Assembly (NCBI RefSeq): GCF_006345805.1
Contig: NC_043010.1
Coordinates: 9,734,001 to 9,798,000, forward strand
DNA length: 64,000 bases
Reading direction: 5' to 3'
Source: Octopus sinensis
Taxonomy: Eukaryota
Positions 11,315 through 24,884 of this stretch are shown piece after piece. Made by a program: the position numbers and the translations under genes. Position 1 is the stretch's first letter. Every line of letters starts with the position of its first letter. The notes under the pieces were generated by a model, which had not been told where the DNA came from, did no database searches, and was given only the letters and a program-made list of their open reading frames with translations.

Positions 11315-12757
11315 TTTTTATGGTTTAGTCTGAAGAGGAATAGCAAACCCTGATACTCATTTTAGAGCTTTGAGCCTTCTAGATGGAAATTACCCCCGAA
11401 ATGGAAAATTAGAGGGTAAAAAATAAGATTTTGTAACATTAATGTCTGAAGCGATAGAACTGCTGGCAAGATTTAAACTGAGTTTCAGGTCTTTTTTCTA
11501 ATAAAATATTTTGTCTAATATACATTAAATAGGAAAATTTCCTGGGGCAAATATCTAGCCTGGACAAAAATCCCACAGCCCAAATTAAAAAATATTTGGG
11601 ATGACAAAAAAAGGAACAGAAATATTACTGAGTTGTATCTTGTAAGGGTGATTAGGCCAATAATAATCACATGCACTGGTTCCATTTCACTTCTTTTATT
11701 ATTAAGCTAGTTGAAGGTGGTGAGTTGGTGGAATCTTTATTACAAATGTTTATTGGCATTTCATCTGTCCTTATGTTCTGAGTTCAAATTTTGCAGGGGT
11801 CAACTTTGCTTCCCATCTTTCTGGGGTTACTAAAATGAGTACCAGTTGAATACTGAAGTTGATGTAATTGACTTACCCTAACGCCCGGACTTGCTGGCCT
11901 TGTGCCAAAAAGTTGAAACCATTATTAAGCTAGTTAACAATTTAACCAATTAACTAAATAACTATTTGATTGGTTTTTCAATAAATCAATCAGTTATCTA
12001 GGTTCATCAAAGTTCTTTTGTTGCCATTCACATTGATTTCCTTCAATGGGATAGTATAGTGCTCAGGCCTTTCTCTTTGCATCAAAACCAGACTACAGAG
12101 CCAGCCCTGTACTAGTTTACTGTAGACTTGACAAAACATTTTACTACACTGGGCAATGCATGGTTATCACATGAAACACAATAATTCCCTGTTCTCACAT
12201 CCAAGGTTGTTTTAATAGTATTGTAGACCAAGCAGACAAAGCAAAGCACTGAGACCTCAACATTCCCTGTTAAAACTCTATGTATTTTAAACATTTTCTC
12301 CTATGTTCTATCTAAAGCACAAAAGTTGTCAGGCAGATTTCCCTCCCTTAGTTAAAGACCTCAAAACTATGCAATCTGACTTCGTTTTTGAGGCTATTTT
12401 TGTAGTGAAAAAGAGTTGTTGTCCCAAAAACATATTTTATTTGGTAGCTGAAAGATTACTAAATCTTTTGATACCACATATGTCAGAATTGGCAACTCAG
12501 TTTTCGAATCTATAAGGAATATACAGAAACACACACAAACTCTGTCTTAAATATATAGATAGCAATATTGTTTATATAAAATATAGCAATATAGTTCGTT
12601 TTTATATGTAGTTTACAAAAGTCTTGTAGTGAACTTGTGTGTTATAACATATCTTGGGAGGGTCATTATGTCAATAAAAAAATAAACACACACTGGTTCT
12701 ATTTAGGTTCTTTTATTATTGTTATCATCATCATCATCATTATTATTATTATTATTA

Positions 12758-12803
<46 letters not shown>

Positions 12804-13106
12804 CATTAACATTATTGGTGAATTGATGAACCATATAACCAAATTCTAACTAATTCATTGTTTGTTTAAGAATTCAGATTGATTGACCAAATGATTAATC
12901 AAACAATTGATTAGTCAATTGGTTAAATGGTTAAACAACCAGATAATGATTATAAAAGACAAGAAATATAAGCAGTACATGTGTTTATTATTGGCAGAAT
13001 GACTCTCCTGAGATACAACAAAAGATAGAAATAGTATTTTCATATACATACATACATGCACATATATATATATATATATATATACATACATACATACATA
13101 CATACA

Positions 13107-13184
<78 letters not shown>

Positions 13185-13642
13185 AACTAAATTGATAACT
13201 GTTTCTGACAAAGACCCAAGATCTGAAATTTCATGGGAGTAGGTTAGTCAATTAAATTGATCCAGTATTTGGCACCGCTTTATTTTATTGGGCCCAGTGG
13301 ATTAAAATAAAGGGGACCTCAGAACTTGAATTCAGAATGTAAAGAGCAACGACAAATGCTGTAATGCGCTTTGTCTGTCTATTTCTACCACTTCACCCCA
13401 CCTTGTATACAGTATTAATAATACAATTAAATTATATCGAGAATCAACAATACAATAAGTTGTAATTGAAATAATTTCTAGAATATTGTTATGAGAAAAG
13501 GAAGACACATAAATTTAGTCTTGAGGTGAATCTACTAGTCTGATTCGATTCATAGTCGTAGCTATTTTACTTTGTATTGGTAACATTCAAAAGAACAGCA
13601 TGAATACCACACAAATTCATTTCCTCTCCCCCTTTCTCACTC

Positions 13643-13681
<39 letters not shown>

Positions 13682-14636
13682 TACTCTTTTATAAATCTTC
13701 CTAAGAAAGAAATCAATTTAGAGAAGAAATGCTTAATTCTATATTCCACAAATTTCGAATGTAGCTATTAGGCAAAATGTAGCAAGGAATGTAACTTTTT
13801 AATGCAAAGGGTGGCGGAAGAAATATGACTACATTAAAACAAAAAAAAGAAAAAAATAAAAATTGAAATAAAAATTAAAATGTATTCATTTAAAATTATA
13901 AATTGCAAATTGTAAATTGCTAGTATTGTATAAGGGATTGAAACAAAAAAGTTTTCTCCAGGCATTCACAGTCAAAAGGGGTTAAGAAACAACACTTAAG
14001 CAGTAAAGAACAAATACACAAACTAAAAAAATCAATCTAGATAATAGGAATGGTTGAAGAGAAGAATTAGTGAAAAATAACAAACATTCCTCTTCACAGA
14101 ATGAATGGAAGCATAAAAAATATTTTTGATTCAATAAGAAGCCATAAGTATGACACGGTTGTTCATAAAATAGCCTGATTAAGAATTTTCTTTCAATAGA
14201 AAATCTAAAAAGAAATACACCTTCTAAAATAGATGGTGTCATGGAATTACAGGGAAGGAATAGATGCTTCTAATTTGTTCATTTTCTTTAGAAGGTACAT
14301 ATTTATAAAATATTTAAGTATGTATTTACACACACACGCATGTGTACACTCACATAGACATAAATACAGACATACCTTTTATCTATCTATCTATCTATGT
14401 GGGTGAAAAACCCTCTCAGTTATGGCAGAGCAGCAAGAGTTTCAGTTTTCAATAAATCAATGAAATATTATGAATACTTCGCTTCATGGGCTGAGTATGT
14501 CTCCTCTTGTTGTTTGCACTTCAAAATCTGATGGATAATGTGTGTGTGTGTGTGCATGTGTGTAAGTGTATGTGTATTTGTGTGCATATGTGTTTAAATG
14601 AAGACACACATACACAATATATCTATATCTATGTAT

Positions 14637-14674
<38 letters not shown>

Positions 14675-14680
<6 letters not shown>

Positions 14681-14985
14681 TGTTGTGCCTGGGGAAAGTC
14701 ATTTTCTTTTTGTGCCTTATTATTTAACACACTCACCAGTAAAATTTCCACTTTTTTCTTATTTTTATTGTTCTAAAATTTTCATTGCGTCTTGCAACCT
14801 TTTCAATAGTTTTGACTCTCAAAACTATTGAAAAGATTGCAAGACGCAACGAAAATTTTAGGACAATAAAAATAAGAAAAATTTTACGACAAAAAAAATA
14901 AGAAAAAAGTGGAAATTTTACCGGTGGGTTTGTTAAATAATAAGGCACAAAAAGAAAATGACTCTCCCCAGACAAAACAGAATAT
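14675..14985. repeat. Palindrome with 3-nt loop
   Basis: CAATAGTTTTGA-CTC-TCAAAACTATTG centre at 14816-14818; arms ~140 bp, with a ~24-nt insertion in the right arm. Confidence 0.9.
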
Positions 14986-15039
14986 GCTTCGACTCACGGA
15001 CTCATATAAAGAATCTTGCAAACCAAATCCAAAAACGAA

Positions 15040-15777
<738 letters not shown>

Positions 15778-16112
15778 ACCAAGCAGTTTGATTCAACTTT
15801 ACATTACACATTACCTAAGGTTTCTTGAACATACTGTATATATGTGCATATATGTGTATCTGTAAGTGTGTATGTATTTGTATGTCAATGTCAGTGAATG
15901 TGCATACATATAATGCTTGCCTAATAGAAGTTCCAAGGGGCATGCATAATTTATTTGTCAAAAATATGCACTGGAACTAAGTGACTTTCCTATCATATAA
16001 TGTCTACTATTTTTGACACCCAATAATTTTCACAGTTCCCAGGCACTCACCCTCTAAAAGAAGCAGAACATATGCAAGGACACAGCAACCTTCTAAGCAG
16101 ACCAAGTACAGA

Positions 16113-16870
16113 GGAGTGGCTGTGTGGTAAGTAGCTTGCTAACCAACCACATGGTTCCGGGTTCAGTCCCACTGCGTGGCATCTTGGGCAAGTGTCTTCT
16201 GCTATAGCCCCGGGCCGACCAATGCCTTGTGAGTGGATTTGGTAGACGGAAACTGAAAGAAGCCTGTCATATATATTATAGGTGTCGGAGTGGCTGTGTG
16301 GTAAGTAGCTTGCTAACCAACCACATGGTTCCGGGTTCAATCCTACTGCGTGGCATCTTGGGCAAGTGTCTTCTGCTATAGCCCCGGGCCGACCAATGCC
16401 TTGTGAGTGGATTTGGTAGACGGAAACTGAAAGAAGCCTGTCATATATATTATAGGTGTCGGAGTGGCTGTGTGGTAAGTAGCTTGCTAACCAACCACAT
16501 GGTTCCGGGTTCAATCCTACTGCGTGGCATCTTGGGCAAGTGTCTTCTGCTATAGCCCCGGGCCGACCAATGCCTTGTGAGTGGATTTGGTAGATGGAAA
16601 CTGAAAGAAGCCTGTCGTATATATATATATAATATATATATATATATATGTGTGTGTATGTGTGTGTGTTTGTGTGTCTGTGTTTGTTCCCCTAGCATTG
16701 CTTGACAACCGATGCTGGTGTGTTTATGTTCCCGTTACTTAGCGGTTCGGCAAAAGGGACCGATAGAATAAGTACTGGGCTTACAAAAGAATAAGTTCCG
16801 GGGTCGAGTTGCTCGATTAAAGGCGGTGCTCCAGCATGGCCGCAGTCAAATGACTGAAGCAAGTAAAAAT
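16113..16870 (+). mobile_element. SINE family A with triplicated 174-bp head
   Basis: Heads start at 16113, 16287 and 16461; only the third continues into the 3' half. Confidence 0.9.
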
Positions 16871-16967
16871 AAAAAAAAGATAAAAATATGAGTAGCATAT
16901 GGGAACCGATATTAAGGAAGGATAGGAAAATATTAGATTTATAAGCCCTAAAATTCACTCTATAATT

Positions 16968-17182
16968 GCTTATAGTGGTTAAGAGTGTGGGCTACTAACC
17001 CCAAGATTCCGAGTTCGATTCCAGGCAGTGACCTGAATAATAATAATAATAATAATAACAACATCGAAAAATAGGTACGAGAACCCAAGGTAACTGATGA
17101 AGGCTGAAGGGTATATCAGCTGAAACGCTGTTTTAACAGCAAACAAGATGAAGACAAATATCCGTCAAATGTAAATAATGTA
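16968..17182 (+). mobile_element. tRNA-headed SINE-like element with (AAT)n linker and hammerhead-like 3' part
   Basis: D-loop/A-box-like TAGTGGTTAAG (16973-16983), 7-nt loop CTACTAA, B box GTTCGATTC (17013-17021), (AAT)n, then CTGATGA (17094-17100)-AGGCTGA...TCAGCT-GAAACGCTGTT and an AATGTAAATAATGTA tail. Confidence 0.65.
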
Positions 17183-17469
17183 GACTTAGTCTCTTTCTCA
17201 AACTCCTGAGATTGATGAGAGGAAGGGCAGAAGATATCATCATGTCAGTAACCTGGCCTGCATGCTTGCAACAGAACAAACTCTGCAAAAGGCCAGGTGG
17301 GAATGTTAAACTAAGAAATGGATAAATTGGTTCATATAAAAATAAAGAGCATTGATCTTGATCCTTTTTCAGAAACTTGCAACAGAAAGGATTGCATTAA
17401 AGGCACACATAAGCCTGGTAGTGGAACTAAAGTGTGTGATGGCATTACCTGGTTTGTACTAAAAGGGTT

Positions 17470-17820
17470 GGATGGAACCTACACTCGCCTCCTTATGAGA
17501 GCTCAAAATCTCTCGTGGAAGCGCCATCCAACCAAAATGCAAATATATGGGAAACTACCACCTGTGTCATCTCTTGTGAAAGGTAAGAGAGTCCAGTTTG
17601 CTGGACATTGTTGTAGAGCTGAAAAAGAAGTAATTTCTACTCTTCTCCTCTGGAAGCCATCTACTCGCAATACCAGAGGGCGCACACTCTCCTACTCTGA
17701 TGTAATCTCCAGGGATACAGGCATCCAGCAACAGGACCTCCGTAATGCCATGATGGACCGTGAAGTCTGGCGTAGCATGGTAAATTCCATTGTCTCGACC
17801 ACGGTCGAACAATGATGATG
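17470..17820 (+). mobile_element. 5'-truncated RTE-clade LINE, same family as 175-562
   Basis: Peptide differs from copy 1 at only 4 positions; TSD AAAAGGGTT at 17461-17469 and 17821-17829. Confidence 0.85.
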
Positions 17821-18069
17821 AAAAGGGTTAATTTCAAAATTTTAACTGACATTTTTAAAAATATGCAGATATATTGAACTGTTTGCAAATTGATATTGTG
17901 ATAAAATATTTAAATGTCAACGAAAGAATAAACCAATATGATATGAATTGTAGAGTTAAAATGGATTGAAACACTGATTTCTGTATCAAATGACAATAAA
18001 TCTCAGTTGAGAATGTTAGAATATTTGTGTTTATATCACTAACTCTCTTTTCTCTTTTCTCTCTTTTAC

Positions 18070-18468
18070 TTGTTTCAGTCATTTTGACTGCAGCCATGCT
18101 GGAGCACCGCCTTTAGTCGAGCAAATCGACCCCGGGACTTATTCTTTGTAAGCCTAGTACTTATTCTATCGGTCTCTTTTGCCGAACCACTAAGTGACGG
18201 GGATATAAACACACCAGCATCGGTTGTCAAGCAATGCTAGGGGGACAAACATAGACACACAAACACATACACACACACGAATATATATATATATACATAT
18301 ACACGACAAGCTTCTTTCAGTTTCCGTCTACCAAATCTACTCACAAGGCATTGGTCGGCCCTGGGCTATAGCAGAAGACACTTGCCCAAGATGCCACGCA
18401 GTGGGACTGAACCTGGAACCATGTAGTTAGTTAGCAAGCTACTTACCACACAGCCACTCCTGCGCCTA
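18070..18468 (-). mobile_element. SINE family A, full length
   Basis: Head, internal TA/TG repeat and 3' half; same diagnostic bases as 16113, 21022 and 40148. Confidence 0.9.
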
Positions 18469-19815
18469 GAAATAAATTTAGATGAAAATTAAGAAATTCA
18501 TCATCATCATCACAATAGCACGTAGAATATATAACAAGAACCTCGCCAGCTTATAGTGAAGCCATTTTTCAGACACTGGACCTGCAAGAAATAGCAGCCA
18601 AGGCTCACCCAAATCATAACCAATCAACTTCTAAAAGCAGAAAGTATACATCAGGTAAGCATCATCATCATCGCTATCATCGTAGGTGATGTCACACTGG
18701 CATTATTGTTGTCATTGTCATCATCGTTTGGCTTCTTTAAGTAGCTGTGCACCAAATCACCCCCAAGTCTTTGGCTGGCTCTCCACATGACTTATTAATG
18801 TATCAAAGGTATCTTTTCTTCGGGGATTATCTCTCATAAGAGCAGGTATTTTGATGCCTTATCTAATTAGACATCTGGCCTCTGCTTAGGATAAATACTC
18901 TATCTGAGGCCCCCATAGCTGTTTAAGAGAAGAAAAAAAACACTAATGGAGTACATTGAATGTAAATTGAGCAAATAAAGTGTTGAGTGCAACATTTGCA
19001 TTGTATATCTTCAATGAACATCTGCTGTAAGTTGCTGTGGCCTATCTATTCTTAAACATACCTGGTCACTCAAACTTATGATTAAAAAGACATTCCATCC
19101 GTGGCCACACAAACGTTTTATGAATATGAAGGGCTATAGAATCTAAAATGTCTCGTCCTTATTTAAGATGGTAGGGTACAATCTGAGATCGATGTAAATG
19201 TTTTGCTAGCCATTCATGTGACTAAGCAGAGGTTCCTTTGTCATTTTATATACCGTAGGTTAACCTTTATGGCAAACTGGCAAACAGCCTTCTCTAAGAT
19301 TAGATGATTGACACTCCTTAACAAAGACATTATCAAACACGTGCTCAAAGCCTAATGCATTAAACAGAGCAATGAGTGGTAAAGAAATGAGAAAGAAATT
19401 CTGAGAGTGATAATCAAGTATGGGAAATAAACATTTGTTTGAAATGTAACATCCATTTAGTTGTCAGACGTTTCATTGTTGTTCTATGACGACTACACGT
19501 GAATAAAAGATATTGACAGCTATTGATTTATCCAGCTCTATTATATGAAATATTATATAATTTTGGAAATGAATATGTATATTTTTATTTGATATTATTT
19601 TTCCATTAACGACTCCAATACTTGAGTGGTATTTTATTCTATCGACATCAGGTGAATGAAAGGTGAGGTTAACTTCTATAGGATTTGAACTTAAAATGTA
19701 AACATTTGGAACAAATACTCCAAAGAACATTGTCTGACAGTTATATGTTTCTGCCATCCACTGACCTTAGTCTATAAATATAATAATGGTTGGTTTGTCC
19801 ACATTAATCTGTAGG

Positions 19816-20018
19816 GAGCATAGGGCTGGTTTCCCAGTTTTTCTGGTGTAAATATTCCTCCTAGGATGGGACACCAGTCCATTGCGGGGTTACTTATTTT
19901 TGCCAGCTGAGTGGACTGGAACAACATGAAATGAAGTGTTTTCCTCAAGAATACAAGAGATTGCCTGGTCCGGGAATCATGAGTCCAACACCCTGACCAC
20001 TAATCCATGCTCCTCCAC
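19816..20018 (-). mobile_element. SINE family E
   Basis: tRNA-like head then CCAGTCCACTCAGCTGGCAAAAAT and GCAATGGACTGGTGTCCCATCC. Confidence 0.65.
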
Positions 20019-20032
20019 ATAAATATAATATT

Positions 20033-20228
20033 GTGTTTGTTTGTCCCCACCACCACTTGACAACCGGTGTTGGTTAATTTACACCCACCTAATTTAGTGA
20101 CCAAAATGTGACCAAAACAATAAGCACCAAACTTAAAATTAAGTACTGATGTTGATTTGTTTTGACTAAACTTTTCAAAGCACTGCCATAACATGGTCAC
20201 AGTCAAATGACTGAAACAAGTAAAAAGT
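20033..20228 (+). mobile_element. SINE family A, old 3' half
   Basis: Ends CAGTCAAATGACTGAAACAAGTAAAA. Confidence 0.7.
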
Positions 20229-20808
20229 GAATGATACCCAGTAGCAAATTGTCACAAAACTGGGAAAATACTGAGAAGCTCTGATGAAAATCTGCTGGGG
20301 TTTTCATTTCTAATAACACAGTTGGCAGTATTTAGAAATCTGTTTGTTATGCAGTCATAATTAATAGCATCCCTTTAATGAATGTATAAAGAGCAAACAA
20401 AATATATTCAATAAAAAACAAGAGAATTACTTTACTATACAAAAGAAAAAGCTGAATACAAAATAGGCACAAAACAAAACAGTAATCTAGAACTAATAAT
20501 GGAATCAGTCACTGTAATATCCACAATTACTCCAAAAATAAAGCTTGATCGAACAAGCTTAATGAAAGATCAGTGTAGAATTGTTTCAATTATTAATAAA
20601 GAATATACGAAGCGGTGAATTGCCCTTTTTACTCTCATAGACAATATTAAACGGTCAAGAAGACCGTTTGTTTCATTTATATTTTTAGAGGTGTGGGATG
20701 TATAGCTGGAACTACCCACATCTTTGTTCCAGTAATGGACTTGCAGAGGCAGGCAGATTAAATTGTTTAGTGTTTTGAACTGTGAAATGTGTACGTGGAC
20801 AATTGATT

Positions 20809-20956
20809 GAATAGCAGCCTAGGAACTAATGGGGTATCAACGCCTTGGACAATTGTGTACGTGGAATAGCAGCCTAGGAACTAATGGGGTATCAACGCCT
20901 TGGACAATTGTGTACGTGGAATAGCAGCCTAGGAACTAATGGGGTATCAACGCCTT
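20809..20956 (+). repeat. 55-bp tandem repeat, 2.7 identical copies
   Basis: GAATAGCAGCCTAGG... at 20809, 20864 and 20919. Confidence 0.95.
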
Positions 20957-21021
20957 TATTAATGCTATCTTGTGTTCTGGCTGAATTTATGCAATTTTCT
21001 AAGGCAAAGTCTAGTTACTCT

Positions 21022-21437
21022 TTTACTTGTTTCAGTCATTTGACTGCGGCCATGCTGGAGCACCGCCTTTAGTCGAGCAACTCGACCCCGGGACTTATTC
21101 TTTTTGTAAGCCCAGTACTTATTCTATCGGTCTTTTTTTGCCAAACTGCTTAGTAACAGGGACGTAAACACACCAGCATCGGTTGTCAAGCAATGCTAGG
21201 GGGACAAACACAGACACACAAACACACACACATACATATATATATATACATATATATATATACATATATACGACAGGCTTCTTTCAGTTTCCGTCTACCA
21301 AATCCACTCACAAGGCATTGGTCGGCCCGGGGCTATAGCAGAAGACACTTGCCCAAGATGCCACGCAGTGGGACTGAACCCGGAACCATGTGGTTAGTTA
21401 GCAAGCTACTTACCACACAGCCACTCCTGCACCTATA
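21022..21437 (-). mobile_element. SINE family A, full length
   Basis: Homology to other copies. Confidence 0.9.
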
Positions 21438-21664
21438 GTTAGTAGCAAATATATGCACTCAGGAGGTGAAACTAATTGCAAGAAAAATGTTTGCTTTTTA
21501 TTTAAAGTAATAAAAATTTCTATTCAATAATGATTACTTAATTGATAAGATAAATTATTAGAATGGTAACTAAACAAGTTTCTCTAAAATTTTTAAAATT
21601 GCAAAAGCATTGCTCAGTTTTCTTGTGGATTGATGTACATCTCATTCTTGTTTTGGTCACTCAC

Positions 21665-22180
21665 TGCTACTCAACCTTTGGCAGCGTGGTTAGGAGGTTT
21701 ACTTTGCAACTACATAGTTTCAGGTTCAGTCCCACTGTGTGGCACCTTAAGGAAGTAGCCTCAGCTATAGCCCTGAGTAAACCAATACTTTGTGAGTGAA
21801 TTTAGTAAAGGAAAACTGCGTGGAAGCCTGGAATACATGTGAATGCATGAATGCATGTGCTTTTTGTATTTGTACTGTGTTTGTTCCCCTGCTTCTATTT
21901 GACAACCAGTGTTGGTTTTTTTATATCCTGTTTGTTCCCCTCCTTCTATTTAACAACCAGTGTTGCTATTTTTACATCCTGTTTGTTCCCCTCCTTCTAT
22001 TTGACAACCAGTGTTGGTTTTTTTACATCCTGTAACTTAGCAGTTCAACAAGAAAGACATGTAAAATAAGTATCAGATTTAAACAAAATTAATCAGAAGC
22101 ACCAGGGTGAATTTGTTTGGCTAAAATCTTCTGAGGTGGTGCCACAGCATGGCCACAGTGCAATAACTGAAACAAGTAAA
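21665..22180 (+). mobile_element. SINE family A, old, with internal ~50-bp triplication (21880-22030)
   Basis: Diverged homology; three TGTTTGTTCCCC...GACAACCAGTGTTG units. Confidence 0.7.
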
Positions 22181-23047
22181 AGATGAACGATGAAGATACT
22201 GTCTCTTATATTGTAATTATTAAATCTAAGACATTGAATTTCATACAAAAGATATCTTTAATAATAATGTAATTATCTCTCAAAGAAATCTTAAACCATA
22301 TACCACAAAAAAAAAATCTCTTATTACAATAAAACTGAAAATGCTATCTCAACGGCTGAAAACATTAAAACAATCTTTCAAAAAATTGAGAATGCTAAAA
22401 TATGATTTGGTAGCAACCTGGAACACTAAAATACTATCTAGTAAGATACTGGTTTCAAATTTTGGCACAAGGCCAGCAATTTTGAGGGAGCAAGTGAGTA
22501 AAAAAAGAGGTATATCTACTAAAATAACTTGGTTATCAAGTGCACATTTGATACAGAATAATTACAGAATGATGACAAATTATCTAGAAATTAAGAAATT
22601 TATGAGCTACCATTGAATAAATCTAACGAAAATTAACAATTTTGTAACAAATCCAAAACAGAAGTAACAATGAAATAAATATTTTACAAATAAGAATTGT
22701 AGAATAGCTTGGAAAAAATGTCACTTGTTAGATGTGAAGATGGAGTAAAATGTCAAACATGACAGTCAAAATATGAAACAAAGAATGGCACGAAGGTGGT
22801 GCTTTGCAGTAAATGCTTTTGGCCAATCATTATAGAATACAGTGATTGATTTATACAAATGTCACACAACTTAAGAAGGAATCAATTGAAATATATTATT
22901 TCCTGAAAAACAAAGCCTAAACTGTTTTGAGTGTGAGAACTAAATTCCATAAACAAGTCACCATCTTTTTTCTAACCTTCTTGCATAAATATACATAGCA
23001 GGTGACCTCTTTGATGCAAAAGCGATATCTCCTTACTCTTTAACTCT

Positions 23048-23155
23048 TTTACTTGTTTCAGTCATTTGACTGCGGCCATGCTGGAGCACCACCTTTAGTC
23101 GAGCAAATCGACCCCGGGACTTATTCTTTGTGAGCCCAGTACTTATTCTATTGGC
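23048..23155 (-). mobile_element. SINE family A 3' fragment
   Basis: Homology; a second such fragment lies at 23691-23822. Confidence 0.8.
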
Positions 23156-23339
23156 TCGGATGGTGCTCTTGGCACCCTACTAGCACAGGCACAAGTGCCA
23201 GTAAGGCGAATATGCATATAATATATATATACATATGCATACATATATAGGGAGATTTCATGAAAAAAACAAAAGAGGAAGGCAGGTGGTGTACAAAACA
23301 AACAGATGTATTAGTATAACACTCAGGAATTGAAAAAGT

Positions 23340-23375
23340 CTTTTACGTTTCGAGCCTACGCTCTTCTACAGAAAG
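23340..23375 (-). ncRNA. Hammerhead-like motif with A6U core, in Penelope-type fragment (~23248-23660)
   Basis: Minus strand CTTT-CTGTAGA-A-GAGC-GTAG-GCTC-GAAAC-GTA-AAAG. Confidence 0.5.
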
Positions 23376-24813
23376 GGACACAGAAAATAACAAGGAGAGA
23401 AAAAAGGTGTGTAGTTGCTACCGATCTATCATGGTGACTGCCAGACAGAAGTGTCACACGGGAGAGTGAAGAAGTAGGAGAGATAGCAGAGTAAAGATGA
23501 CCCCCAACACGAAGGGGTGTGTGTGTATAAGAGAGTACATATGTGTGTGTGAAAGAGGGCTGGTGGTCTGGACGCGTGCATGTATGTATGTGAAGGTGTG
23601 AAAATGTGGGGATGGGAATTGGTCAGTGCTGGTGTGTGGGTTGGGTGGTGTGTTGTACATATGTATAAGTACATATACACTTTTACACTTTTACTTGTTT
23701 CAGTCATTTGACTGTGGCCATGCTGGAGCACCGCCTTTAGTCGAGCAAATCGACCCCAAGACTTATTCTTTGTAAGCCCAGTACTTATGCTATCAGTCTC
23801 TTTTGCCGAACCGCTAAGTGTGTATGCACATATATAAAGAAAAGAGAGAAAACACACACTTACCTTCAATTGGCCGGGGAACAGTTATTGAATGCCGCAT
23901 GGTTTCTAAATTGATGTAGGTTTGATAGGTTTGGTTATTGTATTCAAAAGTTCGATAGTATGGCAATAACAAGTAAAGATCTGCTATTATTCTTTACAAA
24001 TATATTGAGTGTGTTGGTGCCTTACAGTGCATTAGTTTTGGATATCAGACTAAGCTCAAGAACCTTCTTCTGTTTCATCTTTTACAATCAGAATTTTTTT
24101 TTTTTAATATATAATTTCAACAAATGCCTTCAAAGGTCTGATATGTATATAATTACAGAATATGTATGTGCTCTTGTTTTTTGGGTTTTTTTTTCGCTTT
24201 TATTTATTCTTTCTTTTTTTTTTTGTTTTGAAGTTTTCGAGATGTACTTCAATTCTTTAGTTTGTTTTTTGTTTTTTTGTTGTTTTTTTTTTTCTTTCTT
24301 TAAGTATTTGTAAAGAACTTCATCCATGCTGCCTTCAACTTATGAACTCCGTTAAAATAAAAGACGAAAAAATGTTTGTGAACATAAACAAGTATTAGTG
24401 TTATGTACAAGTTATATCAAAGGCTATATCACTTTTTTTTCAATTTTTTTTTATAGTTATAGGTATTGTATAAAACATTGTCCTCCATACATTTCAGATT
24501 TGATCAGAAAATTACATTTATAAGGCTGGGATAGTACAACATATGTTACAGGGTGAGTGCGTATGATATTTACACTGTATTGTTTGAATGGAATGTATTA
24601 ATGATATAGTTTGGCATACAGACAGAACAATATTATCAATATAGTAACAAAAAAAATGACAAGCTGGAAATATATATATTCTCAGCTTCTATCATATCTG
24701 GAACAGTATACCAATTATTTTTATCAACAACAATTTCATAGTGTTTGGCTTTATTGGGTGTTCTCTTTAAAACTTGTTTTAGGTAGACTCTAAAGCAACT
24801 GAATATACATCTT

Positions 24814-24884
24814 TCATAAAGGTTTGATAACGGTTATGGGTTGTAGATTAGATCTGGGCTTGTTCACCAATGGAGTGCAGGAAT
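24814..24884 (-). CDS. Candidate terminal coding exon of the protocadherin (DSCTPLVNKPRSNLQPITVIKPL*)
   Basis: Strong acceptor ctattttcttcttttacttcttcAG (24886-24885); phase-1 join gives GAT then 22 codons to TGA (24816-24814); AATAAA at 24755-24750. No homology evidence available. Confidence 0.4.

Noticed and set aside
11327-11410. CTGAAGAGG...CCCGAAA possible long-loop hammerhead
   Set aside because: No NUH site or stem I partner found after GAAA.
12112-12294. 60-aa ORF after an AG as a distal Pcdh exon
   Set aside because: Weak acceptor and no recognisable motif.
14985-15025. Minus-strand ATGAGTCCGTGAGTCGAAGC resembling the classic hammerhead stem II
   Set aside because: Three core positions and stem II pairing fail.
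16968-17036. Functional tRNA gene
   Set aside because: Acceptor stem not formed, atypical ACT anticodon, and it continues into a repeat body; treated as a SINE head.
17318-17815. 165-aa ORF as a gene
   Set aside because: Chimera of flanking sequence and a TSD-bounded RTE fragment.
20809-20956. CRISPR-like array
   Set aside because: Identical contiguous units with no spacers, eukaryotic context, no cas genes.
22871-22904. Alternative terminal exon (GNNIFQLIPS*)
   Set aside because: Shorter pyrimidine tract, lies beyond the better candidate at 24884, and no nearby poly(A) signal seen; not excluded as a minor isoform.
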